Positions 62,943 to 64,000 of a DNA stretch of 64,000 nucleotides are shown piece after piece. The stretch lies in the NCBI RefSeq assembly GCF_009914755.1, contig NC_060938.1; one strand, written 5' to 3'. This DNA is from the human T2T-CHM13v2.0 reference genome, Homo sapiens. Both the position numbers and the translations under genes were made by a program. Numbering within the stretch: position 1 is the first letter of the stretch; the number at the start of each line of letters is the position of its first letter. The notes beneath the pieces are model-generated. The model ran no database searches. It was not told the DNA's origin and worked only from the letters and a program-made list of their open reading frames with translations.

Positions 62943-63125
62943 CCGCCCTCAGAATGTTGTTGACCATGCTTCCTAAGGCAGAAAGAACAGGTATTTTTAA
63001 TTTGTACTTTTGAATAAAAATCCTGCAAAAGAGACTTTTTAATCTTTATCAAATTTAGTAAATTTTTGTAAGGTTTTCATAGCCTAGATATAAATCCATA
63101 TTTTAAATAGGCTTCTTCATATTTA

Positions 63126-63127
63126 TA

Positions 63128-63176
<49 letters not shown>

Positions 63177-63225
63177 TATATATACACATACATACACACA
63201 CAGACACACACACACACACACATAT
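63126..63225. repeat. Compound (TG)n(TA)n(CA)n microsatellite
   Basis: Direct. Confidence 0.95.
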
Positions 63226-64000
63226 TTGTGGTCAATGAATTGTTAGTATTTTTATCTGGCAAAGATATTATACAAGGAATAGAAGGATCAGTTTTGCCTT
63301 TTTCTCAGTTTCTCTTGTGCTAACTCTATTAGAATTATCTTCAGTGTGGTGTTTCTTGGAAGAGATCTTTTAATTTATCTATTTTATGACAGTTATTTGC
63401 TTAAAACTAGGTAATATTCATAAATCTATTTAACTGGACACCATAAAATGCAACATGTTACAATAATTACAAAAAAGAATGATGAGGTGATGGTCCAACC
63501 CTTCATATTATGGGATTCCATTTTCCTGCAGGATGCTCTGCTCACTATATGATGTGTGACAGTTTGACATTCAGACCTATTGATTGTTAATTGAAATGAA
63601 ATATTAGTGAAGCTTAACATTTTCCTAAATCTTGGAGTAAAAATAAGTTAGAAGTTCCCATAATTTACCCCAGTGGATCATCTTGTGTGTCCCCTGTGGT
63701 GTGTGCACCCCAGTTTTGAGACCCCTGGACTGTAGGAAACAGTTCAGATGCCTTAGTGTGGCACACACTGTCCTCCATTGCTTATGCTTCCAACCTCAGT
63801 TCTTGCCTGGTCATGCCTCATACCTTGCGTTTTGGTCAATATGAACTTTTTGAAGTTGAATTGATCATGTTGAAGCGTATGGCAGAACCTTCACTTATAA
63901 TTGCTTCTGCTTGGAATGCTCTTTCTTTGGACTGTCCAGTAACACCTCCTCCATGAAACTTGCTGGTCCTTTCCCACGCCTGAGGGAGAACTGAAAACAT

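Overview
Primate (hominoid-like, probably human) repeat-dense genomic DNA. I found no recognisable intact protein-coding gene: essentially all ORF-track entries are Alu, L1 or ERV translations or chance ORFs. The window is dominated by about 35 Alus, nested old L1M elements, MaLR/ERVL LTRs, DNA transposons and MIR/L2 remnants. The main result is a hidden ~10 kb inversion (about 30.4-40.4 kb), readable from three target-site duplications whose two copies now sit on opposite strands. It appears to have arisen by crossover between two inverted L1PA pieces, and it split a class III (HERV-S/ERVL-like) provirus with a tRNA-Ser-like PBS and an env TM remnant, as well as the L1 hosting that provirus. 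Other highlights: a ~1 kb near-perfect palindrome built around an AluY (2255-3297), a 3'UTR-only CYCS retrocopy nested in an L1, a 24-nt orphan poly(A) retro-insertion, several fold-back template-switch hairpins, an L1-Alu chimera, a strong CTCF motif, and a tentative exon inside the inversion. Repeat subfamily names and the CYCS and tRNA identifications come from memory of consensus sequences and need Dfam/BLAST confirmation. Boundaries of old repeats are approximate.
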